Shown: positions 38,966-47,809 of the stretch, piece after piece | Numbering within the stretch: position 1 is the stretch's first letter | How the letters are laid out: every line of letters starts with the position of its first letter | Source: Nitrospinaceae bacterium | GTDB taxonomy: Bacteria; Nitrospinota; Nitrospinia; Nitrospinales; VA-1 | Length of the DNA stretch: 47,809 nucleotides | NCBI GenBank assembly: GCA_046754465.1 | Contig: JBHHVU010000021.1 | Span: 1 to 47,809, forward strand | Direction: 5' to 3' | The notes under the pieces: model-generated | What the model saw: the letters and a program-made list of their open reading frames with translations, nothing else | What the model was told of the DNA's origin: nothing | Database searches by the model: none | Program-made: the position numbers and the translations under genes

Positions 38966-40273
38966 ATGAACCTGCGTCGAACAGTCTCCGTGGCCTTATG
39001 CGGTTCAGGGTTCTTTTTTGTTTTTTGTTCCATGTCTTTTGGTTTTGAACCGGATCAAAAACTGGTTCTCCGCAAGGGGTATTCCTTAACGGCCTTGATC
39101 CGGGCCGGTGTGGATCGAAATCCCGGATTGAAAGCTCAAAAGGCGAAATGGAAAGCGGTGATCGAGCGTTACCCGCAGGTCACGGCGTTGGAGGATCCGG
39201 AAATCGGGATAGACACCTGGAATATTCCCACCAATTTTGAACTGGATGAAACGCGGAATACGATTTTCTGGGTTTCCCAGAAATTCCCTTTTCCGGGCAC
39301 CCTCCCCATCAAGGGCGATATTGTTTCCCAGGAAGTCAAGGCGGCAAGGATCCGTTTTGAATCCGCCGCGAGGGATTTGATCGCGGAAATAAAACAGAGT
39401 TATTTCGAGCTGTTTTACTTGAATAAAGCGATCGCTATCATTCGGAAGAATAAAATACTGGCGAATCAGTTGGCCAAAATCTCGACCACCGAGTATTCCA
39501 AAGACGCCACGACGCTGAACGATGTCTTGAAGGCTCAAGCCCAATCCGCGCAACTGGACAATGATCTTGTTCTGCTGACGGAATTGAGGACCGCGGAGGC
39601 GGCCCAAATGAATACTCTTCTGGATTTTCCCCCCGGCCAGGCCCTCGGCAGTCCGGAAGAAATTCCCTTTATTCCGTTCAACCTGGAACTGACTCAACTG
39701 TATTCGCTGGCACGGGAGTACCGGCAGGAACTCCTGATCAACGGGGTGGAAATAGAAAAAGCGCAAAAGAAAATCAAGCTTGCCCGCAAACGGTATTATC
39801 CCGATTTCAGGGCAACCTTCAAATGGTTTGAAAATAATGGCATCCCTTTAAAACGGGGGCTGGGGGTTCTTGTGGGTGTGAGGATTCCCATTTGGTTTTC
39901 GAAAAACCGGTCCCGGGTTTCGCAGGCGGAGAATAACGCGCAGGCCCTGAAATACGAAAAGAGGGATCTGGAAAACAAAACCGATGCGGCGATCAACAAG
40001 GTTTATTTTCAACTGAGGAATGACGGCAGGCTGGTCCGGCTTTACCAGGAGTCCTTGATCCCCCAATCCCGGAAATCCCTGGAAATCGCGGAAACCTGGT
40101 ACAAGGAAAAAAAAGGCAGTTTTTCGGGACTTCTTGAAGCGAGATCGGTCTGGCTGAACTTCAACATGGCGTACCATCGTGCGCTGGCGGATTACTTTCA
40201 GAATCTGGCGCGGCTGGAGAAACTCCTAGGGGTGAATCTGGAGGTGGCTCAAAACAGGGAGAATGAAAAATGA
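38966..40273 (+). CDS. TolC/CusC-family outer-membrane efflux protein (first copy)
   Basis: LEDP, VSQKFPFPG, YFEL, YYPDF, IPIW, Y..GSF..LL; GGAGG RBS. Confidence 0.88.
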   Translation: MNLRRTVSVALCGSGFFFVFCSMSFGFEPDQKLVLRKGYSLTALIRAGVDRNPGLKAQKAKWKAVIERYPQVTALEDPEIGIDTWNIPTNFELDETRNTIFWVSQKFPFPGTLPIKGDIVSQEVKAARIRFESAARDLIAEIKQSYFELFYLNKAIAIIRKNKILANQLAKISTTEYSKDATTLNDVLKAQAQSAQLDNDLVLLTELRTAEAAQMNTLLDFPPGQALGSPEEIPFIPFNLELTQLYSLAREYRQELLINGVEIEKAQKKIKLARKRYYPDFRATFKWFENNGIPLKRGLGVLVGVRIPIWFSKNRSRVSQAENNAQALKYEKRDLENKTDAAINKVYFQLRNDGRLVRLYQESLIPQSRKSLEIAETWYKEKKGSFSGLLEARSVWLNFNMAYHRALADYFQNLARLEKLLGVNLEVAQNRENEK

Positions 40274-41823
40274 AACCGCTGATTTTTTTGATGACTTTCA
40301 TCTGGGTTGCTTCCCCGGGGATAACCGCCGGGACGGAGGACGATGACTATAAAAAAATGATATCCGAATTCGAGGAATTCCGTCCTTCCTATCCCCCGCC
40401 GGGGGCGAAAAAAGATATTGAAGTTATGAAGGAGGAACGAAAACCTTCCCCGTCCGGGATGGAAATGAAGAAATTGCAAGAACGGTGGAACCGGTTGACC
40501 CGGGGAATTTTCCAAAGGGGTTCTTTTTACGCCCTGAACCCGGCAGAAGAGAAGGAATTGGAACCCATGCGGGAGAATGTTGAAATTGCCGTGAATTATT
40601 TGGAAACCCATCCCGGCCTGGATTCCATGATCAAGGTGGCCTTGACAAGAAACCTCAACCTGCAGTCGGTTAGAAAAAAACTTGAAGCCAAAATGGAAAG
40701 TTATTCCCAGGTCGTTCAGTTGGAAGATATTCTGAGCCAGTTTTCTTCCTTCGTTAAGGAACTGGATACCCAGGTTTCCGCCAAGCCATCCCCAACCTCC
40801 CTTAAGGGATATTATCCTTTTCCGGGAGCCTTGTCGCTGAAAGCCAATATCTCCGAGCAGGAAGTAAGAATCGTCAAGGCAAAATACGAAATTGCATTGC
40901 GCGATATGGTCACCCGCATCCAGGAAAGGTTTTTTGAGTGGAATTTTTTCGCGCGGGCCATTGGGATCACGCAGGAGCATGTGAAATTGCTGAAGGAACT
41001 GGAATCGGTCGCCTCGGTTCACTTCCGAACGGGGAAAGGAGGTTTCAACGATGTCATCAAAGCGCAGATTAAAAGGTTGAAACTGGAGGATGACCTGATC
41101 AACCTGAAAGAGGAAAAAAAGGTCGCCGAGGCGGAAATCGGCTGGCTGTTGAACCTTCCTTCCGATCACTCTTTTTCTCCGGGGCCGGCTCCTCTGCGGC
41201 CCGTAACCTTGCCGGTATCGGATTTGGCGGATCTTGCCTTCCAACATCAACAGGAACTGAAGTTGCTGTCGGAGGAAATCAAGAAAAGCCAACTGGCGAT
41301 CGAGCTGGCCGAGAAAAAATATTATCCCGACCTGACGCCCGGCTTTTCCTATATGAAGGAAGGCAGGATGAACCGGGAGGAACCGGTGAAGGACCGGAAC
41401 AATTTTCCGCAAACTCCCGACACCCGGCCCATCTATTGGTTTGGAGAAAATGATGCGTACATCCGGGAGGCAAGATTGAATTACCAGGCGCTCCTGAAAA
41501 AACTGGAAGATCATAAGGAGCGCCTGCGCTTCAAAGTGGAACAGTTTTCCTTTGAACTCGAGAAAGCGGTGCGGGCGGTCCGGCTTTATGAGGGTTCGCT
41601 GCTGCCCCTGGCTCAAAAGGCCCTGGCGGTGTCCATTGCCGAGTATAAAACGGGGAAAACGGATTTCCTGAGCCTTCTGGATGCGGAGACCACTCTTTTG
41701 AATTTTGGGATCGACTATCAAAGGGCCTTGAAACAACACGGGCAAAACAAGGCCCGGCTGGAGCAATTGCTCGGTAAACGGCTTGCGGAAATCGAGGTGA
41801 ATCATGAATCCGCGAATGGATAA
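40270..41823 (+). CDS. TolC/CusC-family outer-membrane efflux protein (second copy, with N-terminal extension)
   Basis: YPFPG, DVIKAQ, KYYPD, EYKTGKTDFLSLLDA. Confidence 0.85.
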   Translation: MKPLIFLMTFIWVASPGITAGTEDDDYKKMISEFEEFRPSYPPPGAKKDIEVMKEERKPSPSGMEMKKLQERWNRLTRGIFQRGSFYALNPAEEKELEPMRENVEIAVNYLETHPGLDSMIKVALTRNLNLQSVRKKLEAKMESYSQVVQLEDILSQFSSFVKELDTQVSAKPSPTSLKGYYPFPGALSLKANISEQEVRIVKAKYEIALRDMVTRIQERFFEWNFFARAIGITQEHVKLLKELESVASVHFRTGKGGFNDVIKAQIKRLKLEDDLINLKEEKKVAEAEIGWLLNLPSDHSFSPGPAPLRPVTLPVSDLADLAFQHQQELKLLSEEIKKSQLAIELAEKKYYPDLTPGFSYMKEGRMNREEPVKDRNNFPQTPDTRPIYWFGENDAYIREARLNYQALLKKLEDHKERLRFKVEQFSFELEKAVRAVRLYEGSLLPLAQKALAVSIAEYKTGKTDFLSLLDAETTLLNFGIDYQRALKQHGQNKARLEQLLGKRLAEIEVNHESANG

Positions 41824-43105
41824 AAAAATTCTGAAATATTTTTTTCTGACCTTTTGCCTGGTCCTGACCGGAGTTTTCATTTATTGGACGCTTGGGGAAA
41901 GGCTGTCTTCCGGGAAAACAGTGAACCTGAATCCCGGGGAAGCGGCGAAGCCGCCCATGGCCGGCGCCATGAACATGCCTCCCGGTTCCATCCGGATCAA
42001 TTTGTTGAAGCAGCAATTGATCGGGGTCAAAAAATATACCGTCCGGGAAAGGAAAATGATTCAAACCCTGCGGACCGTGGGCCGGGTGGAATACGACGAG
42101 CGGCGGCTGGGCGAGGTGAACTTGAAAGTGGAGGGTTGGGTCGAACGGTTGTACGCGGACTACACGGGAAAATACGTCCGGGCGGGGGACCCCCTGTTCG
42201 AACTATACAGCCCGGACCTGCTCAACGCCCAGGAAGAATATTTATTGACCACAACCGGACGGGGCCGGTCCAACCTGCAATCCTTCTCCAAAACCAAATT
42301 GTTGCTGTGGGATATATCGGAATCCCAGATAGACCGGCTGGAACGGACGAGGAAGCCCACGACCCTTCTCAAGATTCTTTCCCCCACGTCGGGATATGTC
42401 ATTTCCAAATCCATCATCGAGGGGGGACATGTCCAGCCGGGGCAAACTTTGTTTCGAATCGCGGATATCCAAAAGGTTTGGATTCTTGGAGATATTTACG
42501 AAAATGAACTCCCTCTCATAAAGCCCGGTCAAAAAGTAACAGTCACTTCCCAGGCCTTGCCGGGTCGGAATTTTCCGGGGGCAATTGATTACATATACCC
42601 CAACATCGACCCACGGACGCGCAGCGTCAAAATAAGGATAGAGATTGAGAATCCGGACGAATTATTCAAACCCGGCATGTTCACCAATGTTCAAATTGCG
42701 GTCGATCGGGGAATCCATCTGGCGGTGCCCGAAAGCGCGGTCCTCAACTCCGGTATCCGCAAGGTTGTATTCGTCAGCAAGGGCAATGGAATGTTCGTCC
42801 CCCGCGAGGTGGATACCGGTTCCCTGATCAGCGGTTTCTATCCTGTCGCGAAAGGGTTGGTGGAGGGAGACGTAGTGGTCCGTTCCGCGAATTTCTTTTT
42901 GGATTCGGAAAGCCAGTTGATGGCCGCCATGGAAGGGATGATGGGCCTGATCGGAATGGGCGATTGGAAGATGGAGCATTCCAAAATGGGCGAAATGGAC
43001 ATGGGCGGCATGCAGGGCATGAAAAAGGGCCCGGGCAAGGAATCCCAATCCCAAAGCCCCATGAAGATGCGGGAGGACAGCCAATCCAAGGGGGAAGCTG
43101 AATGA
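41804..43105 (+). CDS. cusB: Heavy-metal RND periplasmic adaptor (CusB-like)
   Basis: GWVERL, YSPDLLNAQEEYL, YIYP...TRS, KPGMF, SANFFLDSES; Met-rich tail. Confidence 0.85.
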   Translation: MNPRMDKKILKYFFLTFCLVLTGVFIYWTLGERLSSGKTVNLNPGEAAKPPMAGAMNMPPGSIRINLLKQQLIGVKKYTVRERKMIQTLRTVGRVEYDERRLGEVNLKVEGWVERLYADYTGKYVRAGDPLFELYSPDLLNAQEEYLLTTTGRGRSNLQSFSKTKLLLWDISESQIDRLERTRKPTTLLKILSPTSGYVISKSIIEGGHVQPGQTLFRIADIQKVWILGDIYENELPLIKPGQKVTVTSQALPGRNFPGAIDYIYPNIDPRTRSVKIRIEIENPDELFKPGMFTNVQIAVDRGIHLAVPESAVLNSGIRKVVFVSKGNGMFVPREVDTGSLISGFYPVAKGLVEGDVVVRSANFFLDSESQLMAAMEGMMGLIGMGDWKMEHSKMGEMDMGGMQGMKKGPGKESQSQSPMKMREDSQSKGEAE

Positions 43106-46100
43106 TCGAGAAGACCATTGAGTTTTGCGTGCAAAAAAAATTCCTGGTCCTGGTGTTTGTTTTGATGCTGAGCGCCTGGGGGTTCCGGTCCCTTTTACAA
43201 ACCCCCCTGGACGCCATTCCCAATCTTTCCGACGTCCAGGTCATCGTGTTCACCGAGTGGCCGGGGAAGAGCCCGGATATCATGGAAGACCAGATCACCT
43301 ACCCCATCGTCACCAGCATGGTGGCCGCCCCAAGGGTTAAATTCGTCCGGGGCGTTTCCCAGTTGGGGGTGTCCTACGTCTATATCGTTTTCAAGGACCA
43401 TACGGATATGTATTGGGCCCGGAGCCGGGTCGTGGAATACATGGGGAAAATCACCGGCCGGCTGCCTTCGGGAGTCACTCCCACCCTGGGTCCGGACGCC
43501 ACGGGGACCGGCTGGGTTTTTGAATACGCCCTGGTGGACGAAAGCGGGAGGCATGATCTGGCCGATCTGCGCTCCCTGCAGGATTGGACGCTGAAATACT
43601 GGCTCGAAAGCGTGGAAGGAGTGGCGGAAGTCGCCAGCGTGGGAGGGTTCGTCAAACAATACCAGATCACCGTCCAACCCGAGACCTTGCTGGCGTACCA
43701 CCTGCCCTTGAAAACCATTCTCGACGCGGTCAAGAAAAGCAATAACGATGTCGGAGCCCGGGTCCTGGAAATCTCCGGGTCGGAGTACATGGTGAGGGGA
43801 AGAGGGTATATCAAATCCTTGGAAGACATCCGCGATATCCCCGTGGGGACGGATAAAAAAGGAACCCCGATATTCATTCGGGACGTCGGCCAGGTGGCCC
43901 TGGGACCCGATATGAGACGCGGATTGGCGGAACTCGACGGCAAGGGCGAGACCGTTGGCGGCATCGTCATCATGCGGTATGGGGAGAACGCGCTCCAGGT
44001 GATCGGCCGGGTCAAATCCAAACTGGAGGAGATTCGAAATTCCCTGCCGCCGGGTGTCGAACTGATCGTGACCTACGACCGTTCGGGCTTGATCCGCAAT
44101 GCCATCCACACATTGAAGCGCACGTTGATCGAGGAGGGAATCATCGTCAGCCTCATTTGTTTCATCTTTCTTTGGCATTTACGCAGCGCCCTGGTGGCTA
44201 TCATGATATTGCCGGCAGCCATTCTGTTGGCCTTCATCCCCATGCTATATCTGAAAATTCCCGCCAATATCATGTCGCTGGGCGGAATCGCCATCGCCAT
44301 CGGCGCCATGATAGATGCGGCGATCGTCATGATTGAAAACGCCCATAAGAAATTGGAGGAGCGTCCGGAGGCGGACCGAATCACGGTGATTATAGAGGCG
44401 GCAAAACAAGTGGGGAAACCCCTGTTTTTTTCCCTGTTGATAATCACCGTGTCCTTCATTCCCGTATTCACCCTGGAAGCCCAGGAAGGCAGGTTGTTCC
44501 AGCCGTTGGCGTTCACCAAGACCTTTGCCATGCTGTTTGCCTCGCTGCTTTCCATCACGCTGGTTCCCATACTGATGATTTTCTGGATCAAGGGCCGCAT
44601 CACGCCGGAAAGCGCAAACCCCGTCAACCGCTTCCTCATTTCTATTTACCGCCCTTGCGTGCAATGGGTGATGAGGTTCAGGAAAGCAACGATCTCGGCC
44701 GCCATTATTCTGCCGATGCTGACCGTTCCCTTGCTCGGAAAACTGGGGTCGGAATTCATGCCCCCCTTGAACGAGGGAACCATGCTCTACATGCCCACCT
44801 CGGTTCCGGGGATTTCCATCGCGGAGGCCTCGCGCATCCTGCATATTCAGGACAAATTGATAAAAACGGTCCCCGAAGTGGATCATGTGTTCGGAAAGAT
44901 AGGGCGGGCGGATACCTCGACGGACCCCGCCCCGCTGAACATGGTGGAAACCGTCATCACCTTCAAACCGAAAGAGGAATGGCGTCCTGAAATGACCTGG
45001 GAAAAGATGATCGACGAACTCGACGGCAAACTGCAAATTCCCGGAATGCCGAATATCTGGTGGATGCCCATTCAGACACGAACGGAAATGCTGGCGACCG
45101 GTATCCGCAGCGCCCTGGGAATTAAAATACTGGGACCGGATCTTAAAGTGATCGAGAAACTCGGCATCGCAATGGAACCGGTCCTGAAAAAAATCAAGGG
45201 AACCCGCAGCGTTTTCGCCGAGCGGGTCGTGGGGGGCCGCTACGTCGATTTCGTGATCAACCGCCGGGAAGCCGCGCGGTACGGCTTTACGGTTCAGGAT
45301 GTGGAAGATGTCATGGAAACCGCCTTGGGGGGGAAGAACATAACCCACACCATTGAAGCCAGGGAACGATACCCCGTGAATCTCCGATATAGCAGGGAGT
45401 ACCGGGATAACCTGGAAACCGTTAACCGGATCATGGTGTCCACTCCCCTGGGAATGCAGGTCCCCCTGGGTCAGATCGCGGAAATCAGAATACTGCCGGG
45501 CCCGCCATCCATCCGTGACGAGAATGGTTCCCTCGCCGGTTTCGTTTTCGTCGATATTAAGGAGCGGGACATCGGAAGCTACGTGAAAGAGGCCCAAAGG
45601 GCTGTCCGGGAAGGGATAAAACTACCGCCCGGTTACCGCCTGGTCTGGGCGGGTCAGTTTCAATATATGGAACGGGCCAGCGAAAAACTGAAAATCATGA
45701 TCCCCTTCACGTTGGTGATCATTTTTATCCTCCTATACCTGAATTTCGAATCGATCGCCAAAACGCTCATTGTTTTTCTCTCGGTGCCCTTTGCCCTGGT
45801 GGGAAGTATATTGATCTTATACATGCTCGACTACCATATGAGCGTCGCCGTTTGGGTGGGAATAATCGCCCTGGCCGGGGTGGCCGCGGAAACAGGCGTC
45901 ATTATGCTGGTGTACCTTGACGAAGCTTATGAAAGCAGAAAACAGGCCGGTCAAATGCAAACGCTGAAGGACCTGCAAGAAGCCATCATGGAAGGCGCGG
46001 TTAAAAGAGTGAGGCCCAAGATCATGACGGTATCCGCCATAATCGCCGGATTGTTGCCGATCATGTGGAGTCAGGGAACGGGGTCGGAGGTCATGCGGCG

Positions 46101-46227
46101 CATCGCCGCGCCCATGATAGGCGGGATGATTTCCTCGACCCTTCTCACCCTGTTTGTTATTCCCGTCCTGTTTCTGCTGGTAAAACAATTCGAAAACCCG
46201 GACCGGGAAAAAGAGCCCGCCCGCTAA
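43102..46227 (+). CDS. cusA: CusA/SilA-type Cu(I)/Ag(I) RND permease
   Basis: DAIPNLSDVQVI, LGPDATGTGWV; equivalents of the E. coli CusA Met triad (LYMP, PLNMVET, RTEMLATG); RVRPKIMT. Confidence 0.93.
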   Translation: MIEKTIEFCVQKKFLVLVFVLMLSAWGFRSLLQTPLDAIPNLSDVQVIVFTEWPGKSPDIMEDQITYPIVTSMVAAPRVKFVRGVSQLGVSYVYIVFKDHTDMYWARSRVVEYMGKITGRLPSGVTPTLGPDATGTGWVFEYALVDESGRHDLADLRSLQDWTLKYWLESVEGVAEVASVGGFVKQYQITVQPETLLAYHLPLKTILDAVKKSNNDVGARVLEISGSEYMVRGRGYIKSLEDIRDIPVGTDKKGTPIFIRDVGQVALGPDMRRGLAELDGKGETVGGIVIMRYGENALQVIGRVKSKLEEIRNSLPPGVELIVTYDRSGLIRNAIHTLKRTLIEEGIIVSLICFIFLWHLRSALVAIMILPAAILLAFIPMLYLKIPANIMSLGGIAIAIGAMIDAAIVMIENAHKKLEERPEADRITVIIEAAKQVGKPLFFSLLIITVSFIPVFTLEAQEGRLFQPLAFTKTFAMLFASLLSITLVPILMIFWIKGRITPESANPVNRFLISIYRPCVQWVMRFRKATISAAIILPMLTVPLLGKLGSEFMPPLNEGTMLYMPTSVPGISIAEASRILHIQDKLIKTVPEVDHVFGKIGRADTSTDPAPLNMVETVITFKPKEEWRPEMTWEKMIDELDGKLQIPGMPNIWWMPIQTRTEMLATGIRSALGIKILGPDLKVIEKLGIAMEPVLKKIKGTRSVFAERVVGGRYVDFVINRREAARYGFTVQDVEDVMETALGGKNITHTIEARERYPVNLRYSREYRDNLETVNRIMVSTPLGMQVPLGQIAEIRILPGPPSIRDENGSLAGFVFVDIKERDIGSYVKEAQRAVREGIKLPPGYRLVWAGQFQYMERASEKLKIMIPFTLVIIFILLYLNFESIAKTLIVFLSVPFALVGSILILYMLDYHMSVAVWVGIIALAGVAAETGVIMLVYLDEAYESRKQAGQMQTLKDLQEAIMEGAVKRVRPKIMTVSAIIAGLLPIMWSQGTGSEVMRRIAAPMIGGMISSTLLTLFVIPVLFLLVKQFENPDREKEPAR

Positions 46228-46283
46228 AGAGGCGGGGTTGAAGGGAGCGTCCCGGAAAGAAAAGGATGACGCGAATTTCCCTT

Positions 46284-46487
46284 TTACTTCCGGAAGAACC
46301 AGAACAGCAGGGTCAGGAAAACACTGATGAGAATGCAGGTGGTTATGGGAAGATAAAACTGGAAATTTTCCCTGCGTATGACGATATCTCCCGGCAGCCT
46401 GCCCCATCCCAATTTGGCGATCCAGGGCCAAAGAATGCCCGCCAGAACCAGTAGAATTCCGAGGGTGATCAGAATGCGTTGAGTCAT
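46284..46487 (-). CDS. DUF2905 family small membrane protein
   Basis: GRLPGDI...FYLPITTCILIS. Confidence 0.88.
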   Translation of the reverse strand: MTQRILITLGILLVLAGILWPWIAKLGWGRLPGDIVIRRENFQFYLPITTCILISVFLTLLFWFFRK

Positions 46488-46591
46488 ATCTCACCTTAAC
46501 CCATTTTATGTTTGAAATTTTATCCGATCAGACTCGATAATGACTCCTGAATATTAAAAAAAGGCGTGGAAAATTTAAAGGAGAATAGGAC

Positions 46592-46753
46592 ATGAATGAT
46601 AAATCCGCCGATAAGGCAACCCAACCGAACGATATCGACGTGGCCGCATTGTTCGATGTGATTCATGAGGTGGAAAAAGATCCGGGAAAGGGAAAGGTCA
46701 AGTTTCATGTCGTCTCCGGCTGGGCGGGAAATAGATCGTCGTATGAATCCTGA
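46592..46753 (+). pseudogene. Truncated 53-aa N-terminal fragment resembling OsmC-like proteins
   Basis: AAGGAG RBS; MNDKSADKATQPNDIDVAALFDVIHEVEKDPGKGKVKFHVVSGWAGNRSSYES-stop. Resembles the recalled NG(I/V)DV.AL...I..DP.....F.....W.GG start of OsmC-like proteins. Below the ORF-track cutoff. Confidence 0.5.
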
Positions 46754-46793
46754 ATTTAAAAAAGGGAGCACCCCTGGGGTGACGCATCCCGGC

Positions 46794-46857
46794 GAGGGTG
46801 GGTTTGCCAGAATAACCCCTCTCCCTCAGGGAGTGGACGGGGTGAGGGTGGGTTTGC
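46794..46857 (+). repeat. Two 14-bp direct repeats with a REP-like palindromic segment between them
   Basis: GAGGGTGGGTTTGC at 46794 and 46844, flanking CCCTCTCCCTCAGGGAG. Confidence 0.6.
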
Positions 46858-47219
46858 ATGTTTTACAGGCACCGCAAGCCGTACCTGTACGCTCACCGTA
46901 CTTATGCAAAGTTTTCTTTGCGAAAGGTGTGGGGATTTGTTGACAGAATGAATCGTGTAGCCAGAATGGGCATGCCTCGGAGACGCGGTCCCGCCAAGAA
47001 AATCATTTTCCAGTTGTAGCCAAGATAGGATTCGCCCCCTTCGGTTTCACCTTTTTCCGGCTGTTTTGAAAAAGAGAGGGGGAATGGATTTGCTGGTCCA
47101 ATCTTTCATTCAAGGTTTTAACCGAAATCACTTTTTTTAAATTTCCGGAACTGTCAAATACTTTAACTTCAAACATGGTTTACCTCGTTCTCCCGTGGGG
47201 TGGACGCCTGGATTCGCAT

Positions 47220-47250
47220 AAAAAAACCGGCAGAGCTCGCACTCTGCCGG
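47220..47250 (-). terminator. Rho-independent terminator of the cold-shock gene
   Basis: CCGGCAGAG-6nt-CTCTGCCGG stem followed by a T-run on the minus strand. Confidence 0.85.
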
Positions 47251-47271
47251 GGAAAGATTAGTTGGAGTAAT

Positions 47272-47472
47272 TTATTTTGGCACTACCTTTGAAGCCTGCG
47301 GCCCTTTTTGGCCCATGGTCTCCTCAAATTCGACCTCCTGACCCTCAGTCAGAGTTTTAAAGCCCTCGCCTTGAATTTCCGAGAAATGGACAAAGCAGTC
47401 TTTCCCATCCTCGGACTCGATAAACCCGTACCCTTTGCTTTCATTAAACCACTTAACTTTACCGACAGCCAT
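47272..47472 (-). CDS. Cold-shock protein (CspA family)
   Basis: [38 protein letters not shown]. Confidence 0.96.
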   Translation of the reverse strand: MAVGKVKWFNESKGYGFIESEDGKDCFVHFSEIQGEGFKTLTEGQEVEFEETMGQKGPQASKVVPK

Positions 47473-47589
47473 ACCGAATACTCTCCTACAAAGTAGTGGG
47501 AAGCCACTTTACTTCGAATACACAACAGCCTTCCCAATTCATATTGAGGGTTGAGGGTGCAAAAGGTGTTCAACAACAATTTTCAGGGC

Positions 47590-47615
47590 AAAAAAAAACC
47601 ATCCCAAGGATGGCC
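47590..47615 (-). terminator. Rho-independent terminator upstream of the csp gene
   Basis: Minus strand GGCCATCC-TTG-GGATGG followed by T9. Confidence 0.65.
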
Positions 47616-47809
47616 GGCAAATAATAAAACTTTACATCATCCTACCCTGAGTTCGGACCCCCGTAGGGAACCGCTACCCAATGACTTTCATCAACCCATC
47701 TTCTCCTGTATCTTTGTAACACATTCCCGACGCGTTCACAACCTGTTTTTATCATTCGCGGGATTTTCCGAAAACCCTGAAACCCATATCAACAAAGGGC
47801 TCGCCGGAG

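Noticed and set aside
40249..45597. Long minus-strand ORFs (543, 327 and 450 aa)
   Set aside because: Antisense shadows of the TolC and cusA genes, as expected from codon bias.

Overview
Bacterial chromosomal window, moderately GC-rich, with no rRNA, tRNA, CRISPR array, transposase or integrase recognised. The gene content is reminiscent of Nitrospinota/Nitrospirota or Desulfobacterota, which cannot be confirmed from the sequence alone. Left to right: a partial E/R-rich secreted protein; fabZ-fabI; an endonuclease I homologue; msrP; a sigma54-preceded fliK-flgD-flgE operon; a Maf/DUF115 gene bracketed by a 55-bp imperfect inverted repeat; a minus-strand type IV pilus operon (TPR lipoprotein, rodZ, pilT, PilU-like, Zn-ribbon/pseudo-receiver, cNMP-binding, pilC, pilS, FGE-fold lipoprotein); a divergent cluster of two uncharacterised paralogous secreted proteins followed by TPR, SGNH, TPR and pentapeptide genes; hpnH; a U32/TrhP gene; YbhB; a nuclease-rich patch with a low-GC ABC-ATPase plus partner pair resembling MADS mad3-mad4; a group 3b [NiFe]-hydrogenase operon with an inserted cNMP-binding gene; a Cus-type Cu/Ag RND efflux operon with two outer-membrane factors and a Cys-rich leader; a truncated OsmC-like remnant; and a cold-shock gene. 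The best candidates for undescribed biology are the secreted paralogue pair (18938-20275) with its cluster, the orphan mad3/mad4-like module, and the repeat-bracketed maf gene. Family assignments come from motif recognition, not database searches.
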